A stretch of DNA of 64,000 nt from Escherichia coli (GTDB lineage Bacteria; Pseudomonadota; Gammaproteobacteria; Enterobacterales; Enterobacteriaceae), in NCBI RefSeq assembly GCF_051903065.1, contig NZ_CP178438.1; one strand, given 5' to 3'. A program made the position numbers and the translations under genes. Positions 40,499-54,144 of this stretch are shown piece after piece; the first letter of the stretch is position 1, and every line of letters starts with the position of its first letter. The notes beneath the pieces were generated by a model that was given only the letters and a program-made list of their open reading frames with translations, was not told the DNA's origin and did no database searches.

Positions 40499-42172
40499 AT
40501 GACTGAATCTTTTGCTCAACTCTTTGAAGAGTCCTTAAAAGAAATCGAAACCCGCCCGGGTTCTATCGTTCGTGGCGTTGTTGTTGCTATCGACAAAGAT
40601 GTAGTACTGGTTGACGCTGGTCTGAAATCTGAGTCCGCCATCCCGGCTGAGCAGTTCAAAAACGCCCAGGGCGAGCTGGAAATCCAGGTAGGTGACGAAG
40701 TTGACGTTGCTCTGGACGCAGTAGAAGACGGCTTCGGTGAAACTCTGCTGTCCCGTGAGAAAGCTAAACGTCACGAAGCCTGGATCACGCTGGAAAAAGC
40801 TTACGAAGATGCTGAAACTGTTACCGGTGTTATCAACGGCAAAGTTAAGGGCGGCTTCACTGTTGAGCTGAACGGTATTCGTGCGTTCCTGCCAGGTTCT
40901 CTGGTAGACGTTCGTCCGGTGCGTGACACTCTGCACCTGGAAGGCAAAGAGCTTGAATTTAAAGTAATCAAGCTGGATCAGAAGCGCAACAACGTTGTTG
41001 TTTCTCGTCGTGCCGTTATCGAATCCGAAAACAGCGCAGAGCGCGATCAGCTGCTGGAAAACCTGCAGGAAGGCATGGAAGTTAAAGGTATCGTTAAGAA
41101 CCTCACTGACTACGGTGCATTCGTTGATCTGGGCGGCGTTGACGGCCTGCTGCACATCACTGACATGGCCTGGAAACGCGTTAAGCATCCGAGCGAAATC
41201 GTCAACGTGGGCGACGAAATCACTGTTAAAGTGCTGAAGTTCGACCGCGAACGTACCCGTGTATCCCTGGGCCTGAAACAGCTGGGCGAAGATCCGTGGG
41301 TAGCTATCGCTAAACGTTATCCGGAAGGTACCAAACTGACTGGTCGCGTGACCAACCTGACCGACTACGGCTGCTTCGTTGAAATCGAAGAAGGCGTTGA
41401 AGGCCTGGTACACGTTTCCGAAATGGATTGGACCAACAAAAACATCCACCCGTCCAAAGTTGTTAACGTTGGCGATGTAGTGGAAGTTATGGTTCTGGAT
41501 ATCGACGAAGAACGTCGTCGTATCTCCCTGGGTCTGAAACAGTGCAAAGCTAACCCGTGGCAGCAGTTCGCGGAAACCCACAATAAGGGCGACCGTGTTG
41601 AAGGTAAAATCAAGTCTATCACTGACTTCGGTATCTTCATCGGCCTGGACGGCGGCATCGACGGCCTGGTTCACCTGTCTGACATCTCCTGGAACGTTGC
41701 AGGCGAAGAAGCAGTTCGTGAATACAAAAAAGGCGACGAAATCGCTGCAGTTGTTCTGCAGGTTGACGCAGAACGTGAACGTATCTCCCTGGGCGTTAAA
41801 CAGCTCGCAGAAGATCCGTTCAACAACTGGGTTGCTCTGAACAAGAAAGGCGCTATCGTAACCGGTAAAGTAACTGCAGTTGACGCTAAAGGCGCAACCG
41901 TAGAACTGGCTGACGGCGTTGAAGGTTACCTGCGTGCTTCTGAAGCATCCCGTGACCGCGTTGAAGACGCTACCCTGGTTCTGAGCGTTGGCGACGAAGT
42001 TGAAGCTAAATTCACCGGCGTTGATCGTAAAAACCGTGCAATCAGCCTGTCTGTTCGTGCGAAAGACGAAGCTGACGAGAAAGATGCAATCGCAACTGTT
42101 AACAAACAGGAAGATGCAAACTTCTCCAACAACGCAATGGCTGAAGCTTTCAAAGCAGCTAAAGGCGAGTAA
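40499..42172 (+). CDS. rpsA: 30S ribosomal protein S1
   Basis: 557 aa, repeated S1 domains. Confidence 0.98.
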
Positions 42173-42331
42173 TTCTCTGACTCTTCGGGATTTTTATTCC
42201 GAAGTTTGTTGAGTTTACTTGACAGATTGCAGGTTTCGTCCTGTAATCAAGCACTAAGGGCGGCTACGGCCGCCCTTAATCAATGCAGCAACAGCAGCCG
42301 CTTAATTTGCCTTTAAGGAACCGGAGGAATC

Positions 42332-42616
42332 ATGACCAAGTCAGAATTGATAGAAAGACTTGCCACCCAGCAATCGCACATTCCCGCCAAGACGGTTGAA
42401 GATGCAGTAAAAGAGATGCTGGAGCATATGGCCTCGACTCTTGCGCAGGGCGAGCGTATTGAAATCCGCGGTTTCGGCAGTTTCTCTTTGCACTACCGCG
42501 CACCACGTACCGGACGTAATCCGAAGACTGGCGATAAAGTAGAACTGGAAGGAAAATACGTTCCTCACTTTAAACCAGGTAAAGAACTGCGCGATCGCGC
42601 CAATATTTACGGTTAA
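42332..42616 (+). CDS. ihfB: Integration host factor beta subunit
   Basis: 94 aa [11 protein letters not shown]. Confidence 0.97.
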
Positions 42617-42641
42617 GTTTTTACTCAAACTTGAACGCGAG

Positions 42642-42668
42642 AAAAGCACCTGTCGGGTGCTTTTTTCA
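42642..42668 (+). terminator. Rho-independent terminator after ihfB
   Basis: AGCACC-TGTC-GGGTGCT followed by TTTTTTC. Confidence 0.7.
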
Positions 42669-42822
42669 TTTCTCTAATCAGGAACTGGAAGCTGCCTCGC
42701 AGAGTTTTGAGCAGTTTTCACCCTTTCGTTAAATTCTTCTGAATGTGCCTCGGGGAACGCAAAATTCCCACCAGACAACCGCTCAACAAAGTTGCACACT
42801 TTCCATAAACAGGGAGGGGTGC

Positions 42823-45087
42823 ATGAAAATAACGACAGTCGGCGTATGCATAATTTGCGGAATTTTTCCGTTGCTGATTTTGCCCCAATTGCCTGGGACA
42901 TTAACCCTTGCGTTTCTGACTCTCTTCGCCTGCGTACTGGCATTTATCCCTGTTAAAACCGTCCGTTATATCGCGCTGACGTTGCTGTTTTTCGTTTGGG
43001 GCATATTATCAGCAAAGCAAATTTTGTTGGCAGGAGAAACCTTAACTGGCGCGACGCAGGATGCAATTGTTGAGATCACTGCTACTGACGGCATGACCAC
43101 TCATTACGGTCAAATTACTTATCTACAAGGTCGACGTATATTCCCTGCGCCAGGCCTTGTGCTGTATGGCGAATATCTTCCGCAAGCGGTTTGTGCCGGA
43201 CAACTGTGGTCAATGAAACTCAAAGTTCGTGCCGTTCATGGTCAACTTAATGATGGCGGCTTTGATAGCCAGCGTTATGCCATTGCCCAGCATCAGCCGC
43301 TCACCGGCCGCTTTCTGCAGGCAAGTGTTATTGAACCGAATTGTAGCCTGCGTGCACAGTATCTGGCGTCACTACAAACAACGCTGCAACCCTATCCGTG
43401 GAATGCGGTTATTCTTGGTTTAGGTATGGGGGAACGGTTATCCGTCCCTAAAGAAATCAAAAATATCATGCGTGATACTGGAACGGCGCATTTAATGGCG
43501 ATATCGGGATTGCACATCGCTTTTGCGGCGTTGCTGGCTGCCGGACTCATTCGCAGTGGACAAATTTTTCTGCCTGGGCGCTGGATCCACTGGCAAATGC
43601 CATTAATTGGCGGAATCTGCTGTGCTGCTTTTTATGCCTGGCTGACGGGAATGCAACCTCCTGCATTGCGTACCGTTGTGGCGCTTGCTACGTGGGGAAT
43701 GCTTAAGTTAAGTGGGCGACAGTGGAGTGGCTGGGATGTATGGATATGTTGTCTGGCGGCAATTTTGCTGATGGATCCTGTTGCCATTCTCTCGCAAAGT
43801 TTATGGCTCTCTGCCGCTGCGGTCGCGGCATTGATATTTTGGTATCAGTGGTTTCCCTGTCCTGAGTGGCAACTGCCGCCGGTATTGCGTGCAGTTGTTT
43901 CCCTCATTCATTTGCAACTGGGAATCACACTTCTGCTTATGCCCGTGCAAATCGTCATATTTCATGGCATTAGTCTGACCTCGTTTATTGCAAATCTATT
44001 AGCAATTCCCTTGGTGACATTTATCACGGTTCCGTTGATCCTCGCCGCGATGGTTGTGCATTTAAGCGGGCCGTTAATCCTGGAGCAAGGGTTATGGTTT
44101 CTTGCCGACCGGTCTTTGGCTTTACTTTTCTGGGGGTTAAAGAGTTTGCCAGAAGGGTGGATCAACATTGCTGAACGTTGACAATGGCTATCATTTTCCC
44201 CATGGTTCTTACTGGTGGTATGGCGATTAAACGCCTGGCGAACGTTGCCAGCAATGTGTGTGGCTGTAGGCTTGCTGATGTGCTGGCCGCTGTGGCAAAA
44301 ACCTCGACCTGACGAGTGGCAAGTGTACATGCTTGATGTCGGGCAAGGGCTGGCAATGGTGATAGCCAGAAACGGCAAAGCGATTCTCTATGACACGGGA
44401 CTGGCCTGGCCCGAAGGGGATAGTGGGCAACAACTGATTATCCCCTGGCTCCACTGGCATAATCTTGAACCGGAAGGCGTTATTCTGAGCCATGAACATC
44501 TGGATCACCGGGGAGGGCTGGACTCAATATTACACACATGGCCGATGTTATGGATCAGAAGTCCGTTAAACTGGGAACATCATCAGCCCTGTGTGCGTGG
44601 CGAAGTGTGGCAATGGCAAGGATTGCGTTTCAGCGCGCACTGGCCTTTACAAGGTAGCAACGATAAAGGAAATAACCATTCCTGTGTGGTTAAGGTTGAT
44701 GACGGGACGAATAGCATTCTTCTAACCGGTGATATTGAAGCCCCAGCTGAACAAAAGATGCTAAGCCGTTACTGGCAGCAAGTGCAGGCAACATTGCTTC
44801 AGGTACCTCACCATGGCAGTAATACCTCATCATCGTTGCCATTAATTCAGCGAGTGAATGGAAAAGTGGCACTCGCATCGGCATCGCGCTATAACGCATG
44901 GCGACTGCCCTCTAACAAAGTTAAGCATCGCTATCAACAACAAGGTTATACGTGGCTTGATACTCCTCATCAGGGGCAAGTAACGGTCGATTTTTCAGCG
45001 CAAGGCTGGCGGATTAGCAGCCTCAGGGAGCAAATTTTACCTCGTTGGTATCATCAGTGGTTTGGCGTGCCAGTGGATAACGGGTAG
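42823..45087 (+). pseudogene. ycaI: ComEC/Rec2-family inner membrane protein YcaI, interrupted by an in-frame TGA at 44179-44181
   Basis: ORFs 42745..44181 and 44215..45087 are in the same frame, separated only by one TGA; total span from MKITTVG is 755 codons; C-terminal part has metallo-beta-lactamase motif HEHLDHRGG. Confidence 0.7.
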
Positions 45088-45123
45088 AATATGCGGCTAT
45101 TTCAACAAATGCTGGTTTTTTGA

Positions 45124-46872
45124 ATGCATAACGACAAAGATCTCTCTACGTGGCAGACATTCCGCCGACTGTGGCCAACCATTGCGCCTTTTAAAGCGGG
45201 TCTGATCGTGGCGGGCGTAGCGTTAATCCTCAACGCAGCCAGCGATACCTTCATGTTATCGCTCCTTAAGCCACTTCTTGATGATGGCTTTGGTAAAACA
45301 GATCGCTCCGTGCTGGTGTGGATGCCGCTGGTGGTGATCGGGCTGATGATTTTGCGTGGTATCACCAGCTATGTCTCCAGCTACTGTATCTCCTGGGTAT
45401 CAGGAAAGGTGGTAATGACCATGCGTCGCCGCCTGTTTGGTCACATGATGGGAATGCCGGTTTCATTCTTTGACAAACAGTCAACGGGTACGCTGTTGTC
45501 ACGTATCACCTACGATTCCGAACAGGTTGCTTCTTCCTCTTCCGGCGCACTGATTACTGTTGTGCGTGAAGGTGCGTCGATCATCGGCCTGTTCATCATG
45601 ATGTTCTATTACAGTTGGCAATTGTCGATCATTTTGATTGTGCTGGCACCGATTGTTTCGATTGCGATTCGCGTAGTATCGAAGCGTTTTCGCAACATCA
45701 GTAAAAACATGCAGAACACCATGGGGCAGGTGACCACCAGCGCTGAACAAATGCTGAAAGGCCATAAAGAAGTATTGATTTTCGGTGGTCAGGAAGTGGA
45801 AACGAAACGCTTCGATAAAGTCAGCAACCGAATGCGTCTTCAGGGGATGAAAATGGTTTCAGCCTCTTCCATCTCTGATCCGATCATTCAGCTGATCGCC
45901 TCTTTGGCGCTGGCGTTTGTTCTGTATGCGGCGAGCTTCCCAAGTGTCATGGATAGCCTGACTGCCGGTACGATTACCGTTGTTTTCTCTTCAATGATTG
46001 CACTGATGCGTCCGCTGAAATCGCTGACTAACGTTAACGCCCAGTTCCAGCGCGGTATGGCGGCTTGTCAGACGCTGTTTACCATTCTGGACAGTGAGCA
46101 GGAGAAAGACGAAGGTAAGCGCGTGATCGAGCGTGCGACTGGCGACGTGGAATTCCGCAATGTCACCTTTACTTATCCGGGACGTGACGTACCCGCCTTG
46201 CGTAACATCAACCTGAAAATTCCGGCAGGGAAGACGGTTGCTCTGGTTGGACGCTCTGGTTCAGGTAAATCAACCATCGCCAGCCTGATCACGCGTTTTT
46301 ACGATATTGATGAAGGCGAAATCCTGATGGATGGTCACGATCTGCGCGAGTATACCCTGGCGTCGTTACGTAACCAGGTTGCTCTGGTGTCGCAGAATGT
46401 CCATCTGTTTAACGATACGGTTGCTAACAACATTGCTTACGCACGGACTGAACAGTACAGCCGTGAGCAAATTGAAGAAGCGGCGCGTATGGCCTACGCC
46501 ATGGACTTCATCAATAAGATGGATAACGGTCTCGATACAGTGATTGGTGAAAACGGCGTGCTGCTCTCTGGCGGTCAGCGTCAGCGTATTGCTATCGCTC
46601 GAGCCTTGCTGCGTGATAGCCCGATTCTGATTATGGATGAAGCTACCTCGGCTCTGGATACCGAATCCGAACGTGCGATTCAGGCGGCACTGGATGAGTT
46701 GCAGAAAAACCGTACCTCTCTGGTGATTGCCCACCGCTTGTCTACCATTGAAAAGGCAGACGAAATCGTGGTCGTCGAGGATGGTGTCATTGTGGAACGC
46801 GGTACGCATAACGATTTGCTTGAGCACCGCGGCGTTTACGCGCAACTTCACAAAATGCAGTTTGGCCAATGA
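45124..46872 (+). CDS. msbA: Lipid A export ABC transporter (permease/ATPase)
   Basis: 582 aa; Walker [10 protein letters not shown] and ABC signature LSGGQRQR. Confidence 0.97.
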   Translation: MHNDKDLSTWQTFRRLWPTIAPFKAGLIVAGVALILNAASDTFMLSLLKPLLDDGFGKTDRSVLVWMPLVVIGLMILRGITSYVSSYCISWVSGKVVMTMRRRLFGHMMGMPVSFFDKQSTGTLLSRITYDSEQVASSSSGALITVVREGASIIGLFIMMFYYSWQLSIILIVLAPIVSIAIRVVSKRFRNISKNMQNTMGQVTTSAEQMLKGHKEVLIFGGQEVETKRFDKVSNRMRLQGMKMVSASSISDPIIQLIASLALAFVLYAASFPSVMDSLTAGTITVVFSSMIALMRPLKSLTNVNAQFQRGMAACQTLFTILDSEQEKDEGKRVIERATGDVEFRNVTFTYPGRDVPALRNINLKIPAGKTVALVGRSGSGKSTIASLITRFYDIDEGEILMDGHDLREYTLASLRNQVALVSQNVHLFNDTVANNIAYARTEQYSREQIEEAARMAYAMDFINKMDNGLDTVIGENGVLLSGGQRQRIAIARALLRDSPILIMDEATSALDTESERAIQAALDELQKNRTSLVIAHRLSTIEKADEIVVVEDGVIVERGTHNDLLEHRGVYAQLHKMQFGQ

Positions 46873-47855
46873 TCGAAAAAATCTGGTCTGGTGAATCCCC
46901 TTTGTGGCGGCTATTGCTGCCACTCTCCTGGTTGTATGGCCTGGTGAGTGGCGCGATCCGTCTTTGCTATAAACTAAAACTGAAGCGCGCCTGGCGTGCC
47001 CCCGTACCGGTTGTCGTGGTTGGTAATCTCACCGCAGGCGGCAACGGAAAAACCCCGGTCGTTGTCTGGCTGGTGGAACAGTTGCAACAGCGCGGTATTC
47101 GCGTGGGGGTCGTATCGCGGGGATATGGTGGTAAGGCTGAATCTTATCCGCTGTTATTGTCGGCAGATACCACCACAGCACAGGCGGGTGATGAACCTGT
47201 GTTGATTTATCAACGCACTGATGCGCCTGTTGCGGTTTCTCCCGTTCGTTCTGATGCGGTAAAAGCCATTCTGGCGCAACACCCTGATGTGCAGATCATC
47301 GTAACCGACGACGGTTTACAGCATTACCGTCTGGCGCGTGATGTGGAAATTGTCGTTATTGATGGTGTGCGTCGCTTTGGCAATGGCTGGTGGTTGCCGG
47401 CGGGGCCAATGCGTGAGCGAGCGGGGCGCTTAAAGTCAGTTGATGCGGTAATCGTCAACGGCGGTGTCCCCCGCAGCGGTGAAATCCCCATGCATCTGCT
47501 GCCGGGTCAGGCGGTGAATTTACGTACCGGTACGCGTTGTGACGTTGCTCAGCTTGAACATGTGGTGGCGATGGCAGGGATTGGGCATCCGCCGCGCTTT
47601 TTTGCCACGCTGAAGATGTGCGGCGTACAACCGGAAAAATGTGTACCGCTGGCCGATCATCAGTCTTTGAACCATGCGGATGTCAGCGCGTTGGTAAGCA
47701 CCGGGCAAACGCTGGTAATGACTGAAAAAGATGCGGTGAAATGCCGGGCCTTTGCAGAAGAAAATTGGTGGTATTTGCCCGTTGACGCACAGCTTTCAGG
47801 TGATGAACCAGCGAAACTGCTTGCGCAACTAACCTCGCTGGCTTCTGGCAACTAG
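46869..47855 (+). CDS. lpxK: Tetraacyldisaccharide 4'-kinase
   Basis: 328 aa; overlaps msbA stop; P-loop [11 protein letters not shown]. Confidence 0.95.
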   Translation: MIEKIWSGESPLWRLLLPLSWLYGLVSGAIRLCYKLKLKRAWRAPVPVVVVGNLTAGGNGKTPVVVWLVEQLQQRGIRVGVVSRGYGGKAESYPLLLSADTTTAQAGDEPVLIYQRTDAPVAVSPVRSDAVKAILAQHPDVQIIVTDDGLQHYRLARDVEIVVIDGVRRFGNGWWLPAGPMRERAGRLKSVDAVIVNGGVPRSGEIPMHLLPGQAVNLRTGTRCDVAQLEHVVAMAGIGHPPRFFATLKMCGVQPEKCVPLADHQSLNHADVSALVSTGQTLVMTEKDAVKCRAFAEENWWYLPVDAQLSGDEPAKLLAQLTSLASGN

Positions 47856-47891
47856 TTACGCCGCGGCAGCGTTCGATTGATGGAGTCATGA

Positions 47892-49124
47892 ATGTCGCTG
47901 CCGCACCTCTCCCTTGCTGATGCGCGTAATCTTCACCTTGCCGCGCAAGGCCTGTTAAACAAACCCCGCCGTCGAGCGTCGTTGGAGGATATTCCGGCAA
48001 CGATCTCCCGCATGTCCTTGCTGCAAATCGATACCATTAATATTGTTGCCCGTAGTCCATATCTGGTGCTTTTCAGTCGTCTGGGAAATTATCCTGCCCA
48101 GTGGCTGGATGAGTCTCTGGCGCGTGGCGAATTAATGGAATACTGGGCGCATGAAGCCTGCTTTATGCCACGCAGCGACTTTCGTCTTATTCGCCACCGC
48201 ATGCTGGCACCTGAAAAAATGGGCTGGAAATACAAAGACGCCTGGATGCAGGAACATGAGGCGGAAATTGCACAGTTAATTCAGCATATTCATGATAAGG
48301 GGCCGGTACGTTCAGCCGATTTTGAGCATCCTCGTAAAGGTGCAAGCGGCTGGTGGGAATGGAAGCCGCATAAACGGCATCTGGAAGGTTTATTTACTGC
48401 CGGAAAGGTGATGGTGATTGAACGGCGCAACTTCCAGCGCGTTTATGATTTAACCCACCGTGTCATGCCTGACTGGGATGATGAGCGCGATCTCGTTTCG
48501 CAAACAGAAGCAGAAATCATCATGCTGGATAACAGTGCGCGTAGCCTGGGAATATTCCGCGAACAGTGGCTGGCAGATTACTATCGGCTGAAACGTCCGG
48601 CACTGGCAGCGTGGCGCGAAGCGAGGGCTGAACAGCGGCAAATCATTGCTGTGCATGTTGAAAAATTGGGCAATCTTTGGCTGCATGCTGATTTGCTGCC
48701 GCTACTCGAGCGAGCGCTGGCCGGAAAGCTCACTGCAACGCACAGCGCGGTACTTTCGCCTTTTGATCCTGTTGTCTGGGATCGCAAACGCGCAGAGCAG
48801 CTTTTTGATTTTAGCTACCGGCTGGAGTGCTATACCCCAGCGCCGAAACGCCAGTATGGCTATTTTGTACTGCCGTTATTACATCGTGGGCAATTAGTTG
48901 GGCGAATGGATGCCAAAATGCATCGCCAGACAGGCATCCTTGAAGTTATCTCTCTGTGGTTACAGGAAGGTATTAAACCAACGACAACGCTGCAAAAAGG
49001 GTTACGTCAGGCGATTACTGATTTCGCTAACTGGCAGCAGGCAACGCGGGTGACATTAGGACACTGCCCGCAAGGTCTCTTTACGGATTGCCGCACCGGC
49101 TGGGAAATAGACCCCGTCGCATAA
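47892..49124 (+). CDS. ycaQ: Winged-helix DNA-glycosylase-like protein YcaQ
   Basis: 410 aa, conserved synteny. Confidence 0.88.
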   Translation: MSLPHLSLADARNLHLAAQGLLNKPRRRASLEDIPATISRMSLLQIDTINIVARSPYLVLFSRLGNYPAQWLDESLARGELMEYWAHEACFMPRSDFRLIRHRMLAPEKMGWKYKDAWMQEHEAEIAQLIQHIHDKGPVRSADFEHPRKGASGWWEWKPHKRHLEGLFTAGKVMVIERRNFQRVYDLTHRVMPDWDDERDLVSQTEAEIIMLDNSARSLGIFREQWLADYYRLKRPALAAWREARAEQRQIIAVHVEKLGNLWLHADLLPLLERALAGKLTATHSAVLSPFDPVVWDRKRAEQLFDFSYRLECYTPAPKRQYGYFVLPLLHRGQLVGRMDAKMHRQTGILEVISLWLQEGIKPTTTLQKGLRQAITDFANWQQATRVTLGHCPQGLFTDCRTGWEIDPVA

Positions 49125-49175
49125 ATGATTATGATAAGATTTATGCATTCATAACCCGATCCATCTGGAGGAACT

Positions 49176-50101
<926 letters not shown>

Positions 50102-50254
50102 TTTCACTTCACGACACTCCAGCCAATTTTGGGAGGAGTGTCGTACCGTTACGATTTTCCTCAATTTTTCTTTTCAACAATTGATCTCATTCAGGTGACA
50201 TCTTTTATATTGGCGCTCATTATGAAAGCAGTAGCTTTTATGAGGGTAATCTGA

Positions 50255-51148
50255 ATGGAACAGCTGCGTGCCGAATTAAGCCATTTACTGGGCGAAAAAC
50301 TCAGTCGTATTGAGTGCGTCAATGAAAAAGCGGATACGGCGTTGTGGGCTTTGTATGACAGCCAGGGAAACCCAATGCCGCTAATGGCAAGAAGCTTTAG
50401 TACGCCCGGAAAAGCCCGACAACTGGCATGGAAAACCACCATGCTGGCAAGAAGTGGGACTGTCCGTATGCCGACTATTTATGGTGTGATGACGCATGAA
50501 GAACACCCCGGCCCTGATGTCCTGCTACTGGAGCGGATGCGTGGTGTTTCGGTGGAGGCACCAGCCCGAACACCAGAACGCTGGGAACAGCTCAAAGACC
50601 AAATCGTTGAAGCCTTACTGGCCTGGCACCGTCAGGACAGTCGCGGTTGCGTCGGCGCGGTCGACAATACTCAGGAAAATTTCTGGCCCTCATGGTACCG
50701 GCAACATGTTGAAGTGCTATGGACCACGCTCAATCAGTTCAATAACACCGGTCTGACGATGCAGGATAAGCGGATCCTGTTTCGCACTCGCGAATGTCTC
50801 CCGGCATTATTTGAAGGCTTTAACGACAATTGTGTGTTGATTCACGGTAACTTCTGTTTACGCAGCATGCTGAAAGATTCGCGCAGCGATCAGTTACTGG
50901 CGATGGTCGGGCCGGGACTAATGCTTTGGGCACCGCGAGAATACGAACTGTTCCGACTAATGGATAATTCTCTGGCGGAAGATTTGCTCTGGAGTTACCT
51001 GCAACGCGCGCCAGTGGCGGAGTCGTTCATCTGGCGGCGTTGGTTGTATGTGTTATGGGATGAAGTTGCGCAACTGGTTAATACCGGACGATTTAGTCGG
51101 CGCAACTTCGATCTGGCATCAAAATCACTCTTGCCGTGGCTCGCCTGA
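50255..51148 (+). CDS. ycbJ: Phosphotransferase-family protein YcbJ
   Basis: 297 aa, synteny. Confidence 0.85.
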   Translation: MEQLRAELSHLLGEKLSRIECVNEKADTALWALYDSQGNPMPLMARSFSTPGKARQLAWKTTMLARSGTVRMPTIYGVMTHEEHPGPDVLLLERMRGVSVEAPARTPERWEQLKDQIVEALLAWHRQDSRGCVGAVDNTQENFWPSWYRQHVEVLWTTLNQFNNTGLTMQDKRILFRTRECLPALFEGFNDNCVLIHGNFCLRSMLKDSRSDQLLAMVGPGLMLWAPREYELFRLMDNSLAEDLLWSYLQRAPVAESFIWRRWLYVLWDEVAQLVNTGRFSRRNFDLASKSLLPWLA

Positions 51149-51904
51149 CGGACCTTTCAGCCACTGCCAGATGCGGCCAAGCGTTTCATAGCCAACACGA
51201 TCGCTATGCATCAGCCAGACCGGAGAAGGGATTGCCCGTTCCCACGGATTAAGCGGCGAGTCGATGGCCAACTGATTCGCCGGGGCTGGTAGCGGATTTA
51301 ACCCTTCCTGCTGAAAAAAGATCATCGCCCGCGGCAGATGTGATGCGGAGGTCACCAGCAGGAAAGGGGCGTCACCAATCGCCTGTTTCACTGCCGCAGC
51401 TTCTTCTTCGGTATCTTTTGGCAAATCCAGGGTGATAATTTGCTCGCGCGGTACGCCCAGCGATTGCGCAACTCTGGCACCTACTTCCGCTGTACTCACC
51501 GTATTGGTTTTTGCTACGCCTCCCGTGAAGATCAGTTTTGAACCCGGATTATCGCGCCATAAACGGATACCCTCATTCAGGCGTGGCAGACTGTTATTGA
51601 TTAAATTAGAGCTCGGTGCCCACTGCGGGTTCCAGGTATAACCACCTCCGAGCACCACGATATAGTCCACTTTTTGCGAATTATTCCATGTCGGATAGGT
51701 GCTTTCGATGGGACGCAGCAGGCGGTCGGCTACCGGTTGCAAACTCAATAACAAGAGTGACAGCCACCCAATGCTAATAAAAATCTTCCCGGTTTTTTGA
51801 AAACGGCTAAACCACAGCAGCGCCAGGCCAGCGCCAATAATTAACAACATCAGCGGAAGTGGCAGCAACATATTGCCAATCACTTTTTTCAGTGTAAAAA
51901 GCAT
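51125..51904 (-). CDS. elyC: Envelope biogenesis factor ElyC (YcbC, DUF218)
   Basis: 259 aa, N-terminal TM helices. Confidence 0.88.
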   Translation of the reverse strand: MLFTLKKVIGNMLLPLPLMLLIIGAGLALLWFSRFQKTGKIFISIGWLSLLLLSLQPVADRLLRPIESTYPTWNNSQKVDYIVVLGGGYTWNPQWAPSSNLINNSLPRLNEGIRLWRDNPGSKLIFTGGVAKTNTVSTAEVGARVAQSLGVPREQIITLDLPKDTEEEAAAVKQAIGDAPFLLVTSASHLPRAMIFFQQEGLNPLPAPANQLAIDSPLNPWERAIPSPVWLMHSDRVGYETLGRIWQWLKGPSGEPRQE

Positions 51905-52039
51905 CCTTTCTGGTTCCTTTTTTAACCATATAGCAAGGGATCGCCAGCGATATTACACCAGACGGGTTCATTCTCGCCGTGGCTGTGACAAAATAGCGTC
52001 TTTATCAGAAAACGTCTTAGCCAACCGGTGGAGAAAGCA

Positions 52040-52825
52040 ATGCAGGATCGCAATTTTGATGATATTGCGGAAAAGTTTTCCCGTAACATTTACGGCACCA
52101 CCAAAGGGCAGCTTCGACAGGCTATTCTGTGGCAGGATCTCGATCGCGTGCTGGCGGAAATGGGTCCGCAAAAACTGCGTGTGCTGGATGCGGGCGGTGG
52201 AGAAGGGCAGACCGCAATCAAAATGGCCGAGCGCGGGCATCAGGTCATTTTATGCGATCTTTCTGCGCAGATGATCGACCGCGCAAAACAGGCGGCAGAA
52301 GCAAAAGGTGTGAGCGACAACATGCAATTTATACATTGCGCCGCTCAGGATGTTGCTTCGCATTTGGAAACGCCCGTTGATCTGATATTGTTCCATGCGG
52401 TGCTCGAGTGGGTGGCTGATCCCCGCAGCGTATTGCAGACCCTGTGGTCAGTGTTGCTTCCAGGCGGCGTGTTGTCGTTAATGTTCTACAATGCGCATGG
52501 TTTGTTGATGCATAACATGGTCGCCGGGAATTTTGATTACGTGCAGGCGGGAATGCCGAAAAAGAAAAAACGGACGCTTTCGCCAGATTATCCACGCGAC
52601 CCGGCGCAGGTTTATCTGTGGCTGGAAGAAGCTGGTTGGCAAATTATGGGTAAGACAGGCGTTCGCGTGTTTCATGATTATCTGCGCGAGAAGCACCAGC
52701 AGCGCGACTGCTATGAAGCATTACTTGAATTAGAAACGCGTTATTGCCGTCAGGAACCGTATATTACCCTGGGGCGTTATATTCATGTCACCGCGCGCAA
52801 ACCGCAGAGCAAGGATAAAGTATGA
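52040..52825 (+). CDS. cmoM: SAM-dependent methyltransferase (tRNA cmo5U methyltransferase, SmtA)
   Basis: 261 aa from MQDRNFDD; SAM motif VLDAGGGEG. Confidence 0.9.
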
Positions 52826-54144
52826 GTGAATTTTCCCAGACAGTCCCCGAACTGGTTGCCTGGGCCAGAAAAAATGACTTCTCCATCTCGCTGCCGGTAG
52901 ACCGACTCTCTTTTCTGCTGGCGGTTGCCACGCTGAACGGCGAGCGTCTGGATGGTGAGATGAGTGAAGGCGAGCTGGTGGATGCATTCCGCCATGTGAG
53001 TGATGCGTTTGAGCAAACCAGCGAAACCATCGGCGTGCGCGCCAATAACGCGATCAACGACATGGTGCGTCAACGTCTGCTGAACCGCTTTACCAGCGAG
53101 CAGGCAGAAGGGAACGCAATTTACCGTCTGACGCCGCTCGGCATCGGCATTACTGACTATTACATCCGTCAGCGCGAGTTTTCTACGCTGCGCCTTTCTA
53201 TGCAGTTGTCGATTGTGGCGGGTGAGCTCAAACGCGCAGCAGATGCCGCCGAAGAGGGCGGTGATGAATTTCACTGGCACCGTAATGTCTATGCGCCACT
53301 GAAATATTCGGTAGCAGAAATTTTCGACAGTATCGACCTGACGCAACGTCTGATGGACGAACAGCAGCAGCAGGTGAAGGACGATATCGCCCAGTTGCTG
53401 AACAAAGACTGGCGGGCGGCGATTTCCAGCTGTGAATTGTTGCTTTCGGAAACTTCCGGAACGCTGCGTGAATTGCAGGATACACTGGAAGCGGCAGGCG
53501 ACAAATTGCAGGCTAATCTGTTGCGCATTCAGGATGCGACGATGACTCATGACGATCTGCATTTTGTCGATCGTCTGGTGTTCGATCTGCAGAGCAAACT
53601 CGACCGTATTATCAGTTGGGGCCAGCAATCCATCGACTTGTGGATTGGCTACGACCGCCACGTACACAAATTTATTCGTACCGCGATCGATATGGATAAA
53701 AACCGCGTCTTTGCTCAGCGGTTACGTCAGTCGGTACAAACCTATTTTGATGAGCCGTGGGCGCTAACTTATGCCAATGCCGATCGTCTGCTGGATATGC
53801 GTGACGAAGAGATGGCACTGCGCGATGAAGAAGTGACTGGGGAACTTCCTGAGGATCTGGAATACGAAGAGTTTAACGAGATCCGCGAACAGCTGGCGGC
53901 GATCATCGAAGAACAACTTGCTGTGTACAAAACCAGACAAGTGCCGCTGGATCTTGGTCTGGTGGTACGCGAATATCTGTCACAGTATCCGCGTGCACGT
54001 CACTTTGACGTTGCGCGCATTGTTATTGATCAGGCGGTACGTCTTGGCGTAGCGCAAGCAGATTTCACCGGACTGCCAGCGAAATGGCAGCCGATTAATG
54101 ATTACGGAGCCAAGGTACAGGCGCATGTCATCGACAAATATTGA
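52822..54144 (+). CDS. mukF: Condensin kleisin subunit MukF
   Basis: 440 aa [20 protein letters not shown]. Confidence 0.96.

Noticed and set aside
40535-41674. 379-aa minus-strand ORF inside rpsA
   Set aside because: Antisense shadow ORF of a highly expressed ribosomal protein gene
52783-53667. 294-aa minus-strand ORF inside mukF
   Set aside because: Antisense to a conserved core gene; no supporting signals
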